Assembly (NCBI GenBank): GCA_965153455.1 | Contig: OZ234493.1 | Coordinates: 34,896,213-34,960,212, forward strand | Length of the DNA stretch: 64,000 nucleotides | Source: Sphagnum compactum | Taxonomy: Eukaryota | Direction of reading: 5' to 3' | Part shown: piece after piece, positions 23,946-36,380 of the stretch | Layout: every line of letters begins with the position of its first letter | How positions within the stretch are numbered: position 1 is the stretch's first letter | Translations under genes and position numbers: made by a program | Notes under the pieces: generated by a model | What the model was told of the DNA's origin: nothing | Databases searched by the model: none | What the model saw: only the letters and a program-made list of their open reading frames with translations

Positions 23946-26900
23946 GGCTGGGACTCACAGTTGGCTGAGAGCTCTTGATCTTGTGCAGTAGCAGCGATTT
24001 GTTTCTTGTTGTCAGTAGAGAAAGAAGCTTCAGATCATGGAAACCAGCTGCCCCTGATCAATCACACAACACTATTGAAAACATCCACCATCATCATGAT
24101 TGATGAGTGCTGCTGCATTTGCGAATCTATTCTGATGGACGTAGCGCCGACCTTCTTCTCTCTTTGGTTTTCTTCAAAAAAAAATTAGGGTTTGTCTTTG
24201 TAGTTCGAGTGTCCACCTGCTGGTGCTGCTGTGTTTGGATGTCAGTCAATGATCTGTCTCTCTCTCTCTCCGGCCTCAACCCACAATTGGTGGGTGGGTG
24301 ATAAACGAACTTGGGTCCCACGTTTTCCTCTTCTCTTTCTCTTCTTCTTCTTCTTCTTCTTCCACTTGATGAGATTTTAAGCTTCAATGTAGGAAAATGT
24401 ATATACTTCTTTTATGTGTGCTGGGGGAGTGAGGGTTCAAGTTCAACATGAGTTGTTCACAGCACGTTGACAGCTAGCTACACTCTGCAGCTTCCAGCAC
24501 CAAGTCACAAATTCGATCCGCCATTGATCTCTGTTCAATCAAGCTGCACTACTACTAACTAGCCTTTGACACCTCGCAAAAGCTTTGAAAAAAGTGCTTG
24601 AATATGACACCCGTTTAGCTTGGAGAAAATAATAATATTTAATAATACTAAAAAGGAAGTAATGGAGAATAATGATTGTGTAACTTTTTTTTTGTTTTTT
24701 GTTTTTTTGCCTTATATTTAACTAATATGATGTAAACCTGGCAAAAATTTATTGCAAAAAAAAAAAAAAACACAACAAAGGAGGAAATGAGAGGGGCAAT
24801 GATGCAAATGCTAAAATTTATTGCCAAATAAACAATTCAACAAGGAGGAATTAACTTGAAATTAAAAGATACCATAGTAGTACATTGGCAGCTTTGACAC
24901 ACATTATATTATTTTTAGAAATGCTGAAAATTTTCAAAAATTAATTTTCTCAAAGAAAGAAAAAAATTTGTGAAGGAAAATGAAGAATCTTTTGGAATAT
25001 TCAATAGAATATTCCAATTTTGAAATGGAATCTTCAAAATTAATTAATTAATTAATTATTGAGCAGACATGTGCTGAAGCTGCCCCTTATACTAGTATTG
25101 GATGAAACTCCCGATGTGGGGGGGGGGGGGGTGTGTTATTCTTGTAAGCTCCTTGTACCACTGCCTTTTTTTTTCCCCCAATTTTGTGATGCTCAAGTAA
25201 TGATTGTCCATAAGTATATTTACCCAAATTTGGTGATATTCAAAATATGAAAGTAAAAAAACATTAAGTACCCTTTAATATTGTAGGAAATTGTGATGAT
25301 TTTTGACAATTTTTAAGATTTTGAGGGTTTTTTGGTAAATTAAAATAAATAAATAAGTGAATTTGACAGAATATTCTTTCATTGTTTTCTTAACAAAATG
25401 GAAAAAAACCCTTGACACCCAAAACACTCTTGGGCATGCGGTTATGCACATTTTATTTAAGCTATATGCATATGCTTCTTAGTGTCCATTACACACCCAA
25501 AATAGGATAACTCCTGATTTGAACCCAAGTTTAAATTATGGGCAATGTTGTCATTTTTTTTTTGGGTTGATTTTTTTTCTCCTTCATTTTTGGGGGAATA
25601 CCTAGATCTGATTCTTCAAGAGAAAGTTGGCAATGCAACTTCACTCCAAAATGTGCATAACAAAATCCTTCATCTTATATCAAACTCGGGCTTCATGCTA
25701 CTATGCACTACTACAAGCGGTGATAATTGATCTGTTTTGCCTACGGGATTTTCGCCCCTAGGTAGTAGGTCTATTTTGATTCAAGGATTTTTGAAAGATG
25801 ATATTTTGGCTTGTGTTGAAACTTGAGATTTAGTTTCAGAGTTCTGATATCTTGAAGGATTTTGGTTTCTTTCAAAAATATTTTTTAATGAAAATTATAT
25901 TTTTGAAAACTATATTCATACATTTTTGAAATATTTGAATTTCCATAATTCTTCTTTTGTCCTAAAATACTTTTTAATCTAAATGGTAAGGCCACAATGT
26001 GCTACACCCCTTGTGTTTATTTAATGTATGTTCTCGTATCATGGTTTTTAATAGTTCATCATTATTTTATGTTCATGTTAAATTAAATTTAAATTAATAT
26101 AAATATCATGGACATGAAAAAGGCACCTATTAATTTGTGTTTTCATGTTCATGTTGGTGGGTAGGGAAAAGGAGTGACGGAAGTTCGGCTTGAAAAATGA
26201 GGTACTTATGTTTGGAATTGGCTGGGGACAATTGAACTAAAAATTATGCAAAATCAATTGTCCAAAGACAACCATACAAAAAATTATGCAAAATCTCCTA
26301 TGAAAGAGTTCTTCAAAATTTCTAGTCACAAGAATTACCAAATGAGAAGTAAACAAATATCAAACAAGAAATCCGGTTTGGTAGTTACAGAACCGGTTAG
26401 TGGGCGAGAAATGGTGTAAAGTGGAGAGCCGGGTACTGGAGAGGACCGGTTTGATAACTGATAGAACCGGTTTAGTGGTCGTAGTGTCCCTGCTTGCTAT
26501 CGCTCCTGCTCCTGCGCAGCTCCCGCACACACGCGCGACGCCGCACCATGTACAGTTTGAGGGCTCCCAAAAATTCTTCAATTGATGAGAAAATGGTGCA
26601 CCAATTGCGATGAATTCGATTCGGCATCGTTGCATGTGTGTCGATTTTTTACCAAAAAAAAAATCGTAAAACTTCTGCTGTGGTTTTTCTTGGTGGTGAT
26701 GGCGGTGGTTGTTGCTCTGAACAAGCGAGCCGGCAAGCGCAGTGCACGCGATTGCAGTTGTTGTTGGGGGTGATGATGAGCTGCGGGAAGAAAGTGCTGT
26801 GATTAGGTACACTCCCTAGTCACAGTTCGGGGGTGGGTCCCATCGGGGCCGGTGGGTGGCAGAGTGGGTGTATGTGCGGCGGAAGAGGAGGAGGAGGAGG

Positions 26901-27145
26901 AGGAGAAGGGATCAGGAAAGCTCAACAAAAGAATACGGTGCAGAGATCAAACTGTGGACAAGTATGGAGGAGGAAGAAGCAGCAGCGAGCAGCTTGGATA
27001 TGGACCTGTTCAGGGCCCTGGAACAAGACTTTGCATTGAGGTTGAACTTGGTGAGGCGGAAGAAATTCCCAGAGCAGCTGAAGACGTTTTTACTAGTGAC
27101 GAAGATGATGATGCAGGAGGAGGAGCAGCAGCATAGTTGCTGATC

Positions 27146-30108
27146 ATGAGAAGCAGCAACTCATCAACTGTGATTGATCAGCAAGAGGAAGAAGAATTTC
27201 TTCTTCTTCTTCAGGCAGAAAGCTTGAAGTTGTTGCCACAAGAAGAACAGCAGCAGCAGAAGAACAGTTACAAGAACAAATTGTCAAAGAGAGAGTTTCA
27301 GAGCTTGAGGAAAGCTCTTGGAACCATAATGCATTCTCACAACAACAAAAACCCTAGCACTGTGAAGGGTCCGAATGCATCAAGCTTCAGTATTATCAAG
27401 CTCAGGAGAATGCATCAACAAACTTCAGGAGGCTGTCAGCAGGAGAAGAAGAATCAGCAAGAGCAGTTTAGCAGCTCAATACGACACAGTAGCAGCAGCC
27501 TGATGGAGCTTCCGAAGAATCTGTGTGTAGATGATGATAGTGGCGACATTAGTAACCCTAGTGATTCTTTCAAAGATGAGACCTCTCCATCATCCCCTTG
27601 TTGTTCCAGTCTTCGAGCAGGTACCGATTCTTGTGTTCAATCTGCAGCAACTTGGCAGTTGAATTTCCAAGTAAAAAAACACGATAAAGCTCCTCTGCCT
27701 CCATCTATAGTAGCTGCCACAGGTGAAGGCGAGGGCTGTGAAGAAGATGCGGAGGAGGAGGAGGAGGAGGATGTGCATGACCAGGATGAGCATGAGGAAG
27801 AAGAAGATGATGATGATGCAGGCTCCATCAAGGGTCAGTTCAGCTCTGGTTTAGAGGAGAACAACAAAGAACATGGCAAAACACATGCGTACTACATTTG
27901 CAGCGTACGGGATGAAGAGTTTGAAGCTGGTGCAGAAGTCTGGAGCTTATACAGAAACGCTCACCCAAGTCAGACTTACACTCTTCGCAGGAATCCAAAG
28001 CGGAGTCGCAGGGTCATCGACCAAAATGACACTATTGAGGAGGGATCTAAAGCTGCTGCCACCCCCGGCTGGCCACCAAAGAAGATGATGATGAGGAGCG
28101 CCTTTTCTGAGAACAATGTCAAAACCTGCACTGAGTGCGGCAAGAGGTTTGGGTCCTTGAAAGCTTTGTTTGGTCACATGCGGTGTCATCCTGAGAGGAA
28201 GTGGCGAGGAATTCAGCCTCCAGAAAACAGTACTTGCCAGCACAGCTCAGGAACAAGCAATGAAAGAAGCCACCATGTCCTTCCTTCAAGAAGAAGAAAG
28301 AAACCTCCTCCAAATGGGACTGTCGCCTCAGAATCAGATCCAGGGTCAGGAATGGAGTCAAGACAAGGGTTTAAAGCTTCAGAAGATGATGAGAGTGACA
28401 ACACAGAACAGAGCATTGAAGCTGCATATGTGAATGGGGACATAATGCGGCAATCCATTCAGAACTGGCAAAAAGGTAAGAGAACCAAAAGGCTGAGGCA
28501 ATCGACTGTGCAATCCTTGCTGCAGACTGTCAGCTATGCTACTGAGAGTTCACAAGCAGTGACAACAGCAACCACCACCCCCACTGAGACACAACATCAG
28601 AGAGAGATGGTTGATGCACTTATGCTCTTGAAAGCAGTGGAATCAGGGAGGAAGAGAAATGCTCTAAAAGATCCCCAAGAACTGCAAGGCACAGATCACA
28701 AGGAGCATGGGTTTGTGCATCAGCAGAGCAGCCAAAATGTGGAGGATGAAGAACGACCACAAGAAGATAATGTGAGTAAGAATGAGAAGCACCATCAAAG
28801 GGTTTTGAAGAAAAGAAGGATTGTCAGAGAAAATGTGGATGATACTTACTTATGTGAAGACAACAAAGAGGATGCCAATTATGAATTCAAAACATGTGAG
28901 CATCCAACTCCCTTACTATCTTGGCTTGTGAAACTTAGACCTTTGTAAGCTTCTGAGCACGGGCTCAAACTTTGTTCTTGAGATTGCTGTGAAACACTTT
29001 GTGTTTGAGCTTGTTTCACAAACTTGTTCACTTTTTCATTATCAGTTTGTTGTGTACTGATTTGTCTGAGGTGTGCGCTACAGGCCTGGAATGAGTGCTA
29101 CAGATCCAATTTCAGACCCTGTTCCACACCTCAGTTTAGTGCTCATTCCAGCAGAAAAGTATGTTTGCAATGAGGTTGCAAAGCTGTTGAGCTTCCAGTT
29201 TACAGGCTGACACTTGTGATGTGATCAGGTGTCCAAGGAGTGAGGCCGGCAGGGATGAAGTATCAGTGTGCAACATGCAAGAAGGAATTCAAGTCGCATC
29301 AAGCTCTTGGGGGCCACCGTTCCAGTCACAAGAGAGTAGTGAAGGGTTGCTATGTACAGAAAAATCTAGTTGGTGAAGAACCTGGGGCCCAGGATCTCTG
29401 GAGGAGGAGGAGATTGTAGAGGATGATGAGGCAATGAACATGGACAATGAACTGTTGCTGCATGAGGAGGTGCAAGATGTGCCACATGAGGAGGCACAAG
29501 ATGTGTCACAGAACCTTTAGCCAGAAGACCACAAGTGTTCTCACTATATGGCAGTTGTGAAGGATGATAACAATGACATGCTCCACATACCAAGGAAAAC
29601 TAAGGCCCATACATGTGCCATCTGTCATTGTGTTCTTTGTTCAGGTCAGGTGTTAGGGAGTCACAAACACTGCCATAGGGTTGGGGCTTCAACAGGAAGC
29701 ACCTCAGCACCAATAATGGAGCCTACTGGTGGTACCAAGACTGATAATTGGCAGCATATGTCAGTGGCACTTGCAGCAGCCACTCTTGCAGAGGATCATC
29801 AAGTGGGCCACCCAAATAGTAGAGTCCTGGAACAAGCACTAGACTTGAATATCCCAGCTCCTGGATGTGTTGAGTCAGTGGAACTAGCAGGTCCTGGTAC
29901 TCCTCCATCTTCTTCAAGCCTGGATAATGGATGTACCCCACCTCTGAAGTTGCCATTTTCCTCAACAGCCAAAAAATATGCAACCAGTGGAGAAGAGCTA
30001 TCTGCAGGACAGAGATATGTATGGATATCAGACAGAGGATATGAATTTAAACACGGATGGCAGCAACAAACCAGACAAGGTTACAGCAAATTGAGGCTGC
30101 AAGATTGA
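27146..30108 (+). pseudogene. DAZ1: DAZ1/ZAT2-ZAT3-type C2H2 zinc-finger transcription factor with a disrupted C-terminal half (truncated allele or pseudogene)
   Basis: Exon 1 (27146-28895) contains YTLRRNPKRSRR and CTECGKRFGSLKALFGHMRCHPERKWRGIQPP, the DAZ1/DAZ2 finger signature as recalled. After a GTGAG...CAG intron, exon 2 from 29229 encodes [24 protein letters not shown], then shifts frame (~29395) to a stop at 29417-29419. A further TAG at 29518-29520 precedes a degenerate third finger (HTCAICHCVLCSGQVLGSHKHCH) and the EAR motif LDLNIP. Confidence 0.75.
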
Positions 30109-33100
30109 AGCAGGCTCTCCATTAGGGCTGGTGATCAAGGGAAGGGATGAGTTTTCTCCAATATCTGCAACTGGACCTCGTCTCTTGACAATTTGGTCAA
30201 TTGTTAAAAGCCACATGCCACAGTCCAGACATACGGCAATCCTGAACCTCAGGTCCCATGTTGGCATCATTCTTGGCAGCTCAGCTTGATACAAGGACTA
30301 GAGAATTGAAAGCGCCTTTCTTTCTTTCTACTGTCTTTTTACATGTGTGAACTGGGTCATCCCGCATGCAAATTTTACTTTGATTTCTTTTAGTTTTCTT
30401 TAGTTGGCAGTACCCAATCATCACCAAGTGCCCCAACATGGTACAAGTATCTGCAACATAGATTAACAGGGGCTCCATTCAAAAGCTCATAGCTAGGCAA
30501 AAAATCAAAATCAGGCAAGGTCAAGTTCCAAGCTAGTCAGTTCATTCATATTAGAGCCTCCAATGAGGGATGCTCGTAATAATTTTTACACCTCTCTGGG
30601 ACCATTCACCCAGGGGTAGCATACAGAGTAAGCATGATCTAATAAGTTTGTGATCATTCTATCAGTACAGCAAACATGTGTTGTATCTGGATCTCCAATT
30701 TTGCCTAATTTCATGTAGAAATTCTTCACTCTGTTCATTATCTTTAGTTATTATAGTTAGAGCAACTCCACTGGTGCATGGTACAGCAAATATTGGATGA
30801 GGAAAAGTCAAAGCATGCCAGTTTGGCTCAGCAAAATGGTTTTAACCTCAGTATCACACATGATGCTGAGGCTGGCAAAAGGCAAAGCAACACATGCTGG
30901 TGATTGGCTGATGGTTTGATTGGTCCGGGTGGGTTGCTCTTAGTTGTCTCCCATCTTTTGCAGTCCCAGTTTCAGTTTCATGCAAGAGGTTGGGAAAAAG
31001 TAAATAACTAATCTTGGATGTGAGAAATACTCTTGCAGGGCCACATACTGAGCATGGGCGCAGCTGCTCTTAATGCATCTTCCAAATATTATTTAGCTGG
31101 TTCTCAACATGATTCATGTAGTAGGTGATCAGCAACCTCCTATCTTCACATTAGTTCCCAGCATGAACATGGCTGTAGATGACTATTGTGGAACTTATCT
31201 TGGTGGCTTGAATGTTCTTCTCTTCTCTAGTATATATATAGGTCACATACCATGCTCTAAATTTTGTATTATAATTTACATTGAGATTCTTCAACATTTC
31301 ACAAGTTCCATTATACTCATTTGCATCATCCTTTCTATACCAATAATCTATATCCTGAGCAAGCCTCAGTCTTGATCTATGTGTTTCTGTCTGCCCTTGC
31401 ACTGGATCCAGATGTATATACAACAGTGTTGGGCAGGTATTAGAAACCACATCCGACCCTCACCAGGTATCGGGGAGGTTCTTAAGGTTCATAGCCACAG
31501 TTTTCAATAATTGGAAAGACTAATTATCACTGTCCAGAAACCCACAGGTTCTTTCACAAAACCTGGCAGTTCTTTGAGATATTTCAAACAACCAGAATCA
31601 GTGGTTGTTTGATTCTGATTGTTTTCAAATACCCAGAACCTGGTGGCTCTCTGTTTCTGAAAATCTGAAGGTTCATGATGTGGGTAGGATGCATTATCGC
31701 TCTTCTGTACTAAGGCTGAACAAAGTGATCTTTCCCAGTGCAAGTGAAAAATTTGGTGAAACCAGGCAGATTATTGTGCCATGGAAAAATGTGGATAGCG
31801 ATAACTGGTCTCCATCCACACATGACAACAACCCATGGGTACTAAACAAGGTACTAGTAAACAGATTTCCTTGATTGCAATATCATGTTAAACCTGCCAG
31901 ATCAAAGTGCCAATAGGAGCTTTTTGTTGTAGATAGATTTACAATATTGGAGTCATCTCAATTGTTTCCACCTGCAAAACAAAAAGGATTGCAAAATTTT
32001 GTGGATTTTGAAGATGCCCACATGCTTATGATGCTATTACAATACAGGTGAAAAGCAAAATGTTCATAATGGAGTGTTGGGTTTTTGCTCCCTTGGATGG
32101 GATATATAGTTATCAAATACAAGAGTCATCAAATGTACAAGAGTCATCATCAAATCCATCACCTTCCATTTTGTAGGTGTTTTGTTCTTCATACATCTAT
32201 GGTTCCATCTATCTTTGTATTGCTGTTTCACCTTATTTCTAGTGCTGTTTGGCTCTTGCTGCACTTGACCCTAATGTGCACAAAAGAATGAGCAAGCTAT
32301 GATATTGGTTGCAAGTATCACAGTACATTGTGTCTGGTAATGTGGAGGACGCTACGTACAATTTCATTATGTTACATGGTAAGAATACCATACATACTTA
32401 AGGCCAACCTAGATTACCCAAGTAGCTTCGCAGCTTCAACACTAATTATATTATTCGTAAAATTAGTTGAAATTTTCCAAAAATAGATTTTGTTTTTCAA
32501 AGAATTTTTTTTTGTGATGAAGAATTCCAATGATAAGAAGTCAGAACTGGTGTATGGAGATTTTTTGGAATCCTTCATATGGTTGTCCATGGACCATTCC
32601 AAAGACAATTTCAGAAATAACTACATCATTTTCAAGTCTAACTATTTCATTTTTTTTCTTAATAACTACTTCCTTTCCTTATTAACTTTCTTAATAACTA
32701 TCTTCATTTTATAACTATCTCACTTTTTTTTTCCTAACCACCAAGATGGATATAAAAAAAAAATTAACATGTGTCTTTTCATGTCCATGAAATGTATATT
32801 AATTTAAATTAAATTTAACATTGACATAAGTAACGATGAATTATTGAAGACCATATGAAAACACAAGACAAAAATTAAATAGTTGATCGTCACTGGGCAC
32901 TGCACAGCACCACTGAGCTCAGTAGATGATCTGGGTAGACGTTCTGGCCAACAGGCGATGAACAGATATGAAAACAACTCTAACCAAATACTTTTCTTTG
33001 CACATTACCAGGTATGGATGATTTGGTGAGAAAATCATTGATTATATAGCATTTGTTTTTCCAGACCTTTTGTGTAGCCTCAAGATTGCCTCGGACAAAG

Positions 33101-35964
33101 CACAAAACAAGCCTTAGTGGATTTATGTCCAGACTCCACAGTGGGTTGTATGCGGTGAGCAAATCTAAGTATCTGCTGATGGTATTTCCCATTTATCTTT
33201 GTAATTAACTGTGCACAGTTTAGCCTTGGAAAATGGCATTGGAGGACATCGAAAAAAGATTTGATGTCAAGATTAGGTTTTCATTTTGACACATAATTTA
33301 GGTAGTCATTTTGTTTATGGAGAAGGATAATAGAACTCTCCCATACAGTTTTTTGGGTCTCACTTGTCTTTGTTGAAATATGCTTGTTCGAAACTGAAAA
33401 AGCCTGGGGTATTAGAGATATCCCTGAAGTCACCCTGTCCTCACCCTATCTTTGGGCCTGCTTTCACCCCCTATCTCCTCTTTCAGTGGTATTCGCAAAG
33501 TAAGGAAATTTTATTGAATCTCAGTATGAAATGCTGAAACTCAGCATTTAATGCACAAGGTTCGAGAGTAATTATAGTAGTTGTACAGGTAACAGCAATG
33601 AACATATATGTAAGGGGAGGCGCTTAGGAAAGACAAGATGAAACTCAGTTTTGGGTAGCCAGGCCGGTCACCGAACACTTAGTGTCTCACAGGTCTGCGA
33701 ATTTCTGGAGAGTGCTCCTTTGAATTTCATGCCCAAAGAGGAATTGTAGCCTCACTATTTGCGCACCCACAGAAAGTTGAATCGTTGAAAAAATGAATAA
33801 ATGAGTCAGATGTGACCCTCCAAAGTAGGGGCGGGGGGGGGGGGGGGGGGGGGGGGGCGGTTCAAATGTTGGAAACGAAAAATCACCAAGACTATTACTG
33901 AACACCCAAAAAAGTCTTTGAAAGTCGCTCTATTGCCTTTATGGTTCAAAGATTATTTGTAGATCATAAGGTTGCGCTCGTATAGCACTTTAAATTACTT
34001 ATATTGAACAAGAAATGAGAAAGTTATGAGCATTGAATGTCAGAGGGGTAGAAGAGAAGAAAAACGCGTTTTATAACTTGGAAAAGCTTATTTCTCTTCT
34101 TGCTCTTCTATAATTATTCCTTTGCCCCTGCTCTTCAAAGATGAATTGAAGAGCTCAAGTTAGCACTCCCATAACGTTTTAAATCACTCCAAATGAAGAA
34201 GAGATGAGAAGATATTAATAAAATGTTCGGTCATAGGGTAGGTTAGACTATCACCAAATTTGTTCAAAAACTAGTTTGAGTACCAGTTATTTCGCTTTGT
34301 GAAATTTTCATTCCCAGCTGCACCTTTGATGCCCTCTTATGTCAAAACTGGGCGTTCTAGCCCCCTAATCATGGGACTTTATGGATAACTCTATTATAAA
34401 AATATAAATGTACATTGTTTGTTTTCAATGCCCATAATGCACTACACCACTTGTCGGACATGACGAGAAGAGTTGAAAATAAAAATAAAAATCAAGCTGA
34501 TTGCTTTATACACTGGAAAGCCCTTGCATGGGGGCATCCTTTAGTTTAATACCCTTGAGTTGAGGGTGGTAGCATGAGGCCAAGGCAAAAATTTAAGGTA
34601 TGCCCTCATACTGGGGATTGATATTGAATTAGCGGGGGGTGCCTCACAAGTGCAACTTTTTTTTTTTTTGCAATAAATTATTTTGATTGGCCCATCACAA
34701 AAAAAAGTTGAAACTATGGAGGCTCCCCCAAAATAAAAAGATTCTATTGAAAGATGGAGTGCCTCCCCCTTTGGCCCACATGTAAACGTGAGAACAGGAG
34801 GATTTTTGGCAAAATGTCTGGGACTAAAGCAAGGTGCTATTGAGAACACCCTTGGGGAACATATTGGGAACTCAGGGAACATATTGAGAATCTGATGGGA
34901 ACCCATTGGAAACTTGCAGGGAACATAGAAGGGACATGTTGGGAACAAAGAAAAAATGAAAAAAAATCCTCCCTCCCCCATCCCCCAAAAACTTAAAAGA
35001 AAAAAAATCAAGGCACCTTGAGTTAATGCAGCAGCCTACCCATTGGCTACATGCATTTGACATTAATAATCATCAAAAACAAATTAGAAATGAGAAAGTT
35101 ACAACCCCCCAAAGTAAAACGAGTGAACAACTAAAAAAAACCATTGAACACTACAAAGGCCAGTTCCTGAACACTCTAAAAATTCCTCGTATGTCATGTC
35201 GCTCTGTTGCTATTAGAGTTTCAAGATGATTTGTAAAACTTCAAGTGACACTTTTATAGCACTTTAAATTGTTTAAAATGAATAAGAAGAAAGTTATGAG
35301 ATTGGAAAGTAAGAGGGGTCCAAAGAGAAAGGAAAAAAAAAAAAAACATTTTGTGAGTTGAAAAGCTTTTTTTTTTTTCCTTGTTATTTTTTCATTACTC
35401 TTTTTCCTTTGCACTTCAAAGATGATTTCTAAAGCTTGAGGCCGTGCTCCCATGACATTTTAAATAATTTGAAATAAAACACATTGTTTAGTGTATGGGA
35501 TGTCCCATCTATTCCTCATTAAACACATAGGCCGAGTTATCCATCAAACAGAAAGGTATTACAAATGCTGATGACAAATGCCTTTATTTCATGGTCACAA
35601 ATTCGATCATTAGAGAGGTGAAATAATCAAACATTTTCATCGCCTCCATGTGAACAATTGAGAAATCTTCATTATATCGGCCTTGCCTACCAAGGCTAGG
35701 ATATTGTGTTTAGATTCATCATAGAGTATAGTAGCTTAAGGGATTTTTATAGGCCCCTATGTAGTGGATTTATTTTTATATGAGGACTTTTGAAAGATGA
35801 TATTCTAGCTTGTGTTGAAACTTGAGATTAATGTTAGAGTTATAATAATATCTGGAAGACTTTTGGTTTCTTTTAGAGGATTTTTTGAAGATTATATTTT
35901 TGCATGGTGAAATATTTGAGTTTCCATAATTCTTCTTTTGCCTTAAGATACTTTTTAATGTAAA

Positions 35965-36380
35965 CTAGTGTGGCCTGTGCTGTTGGCCCAAGTGTTAGCA
36001 CGTCCTCAACTGATTTTTCCTTCCAAAACCTGGTTTTTGGGAATTTATTTGAATTTTCAGCGGCAGAGATCAATTTAAAATCAATATCTCCCACATTCTG
36101 AATCCAAATCTTACCAAATAAATTCCATTAAATCATGCTCATCAAGACCTTTCTAACAACACCCAAGGCAGATTCCAATTCGTCCAAAATTTTGAGCTAC
36201 AATTTAATTTAATTTTCAGTGAAGAAGTCATTCAATATTAAAGAAGTTTCTACATTACAAGTCCAAACACCATGAAACCAAGCTAATGCACCGCTCCTCC
36301 TTGAGAGCTTTCCAAAGAGACCAATAACACAATCTAAAGCATCTGAGTTCGATGGATCTCATAAGTACAAACAAAACAAG
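35965..36380 (-). mobile_element. Non-autonomous Helitron-like fragment (3' end at 35965)
   Basis: The minus strand reads ...GGGCCAACAGCACAGGCCACACTAG|T, a short GC hairpin followed by CTAG and T. It abruptly interrupts a repeat copy (35783-35964) whose sibling at 25785-25985 continues uninterrupted. Confidence 0.5.

Noticed and set aside
31040..33160. Scattered exon-like, hydrophobic fragments with splice signals (possible decayed membrane-protein gene)
   Set aside because: Could not be assembled into a consistent frame or assigned to a family by eye; needs BLASTX.
33833..33857. Run of about 25 G
   Set aside because: Lies within a dispersed repeat, and homopolymer length is unreliable; no evidence of function.
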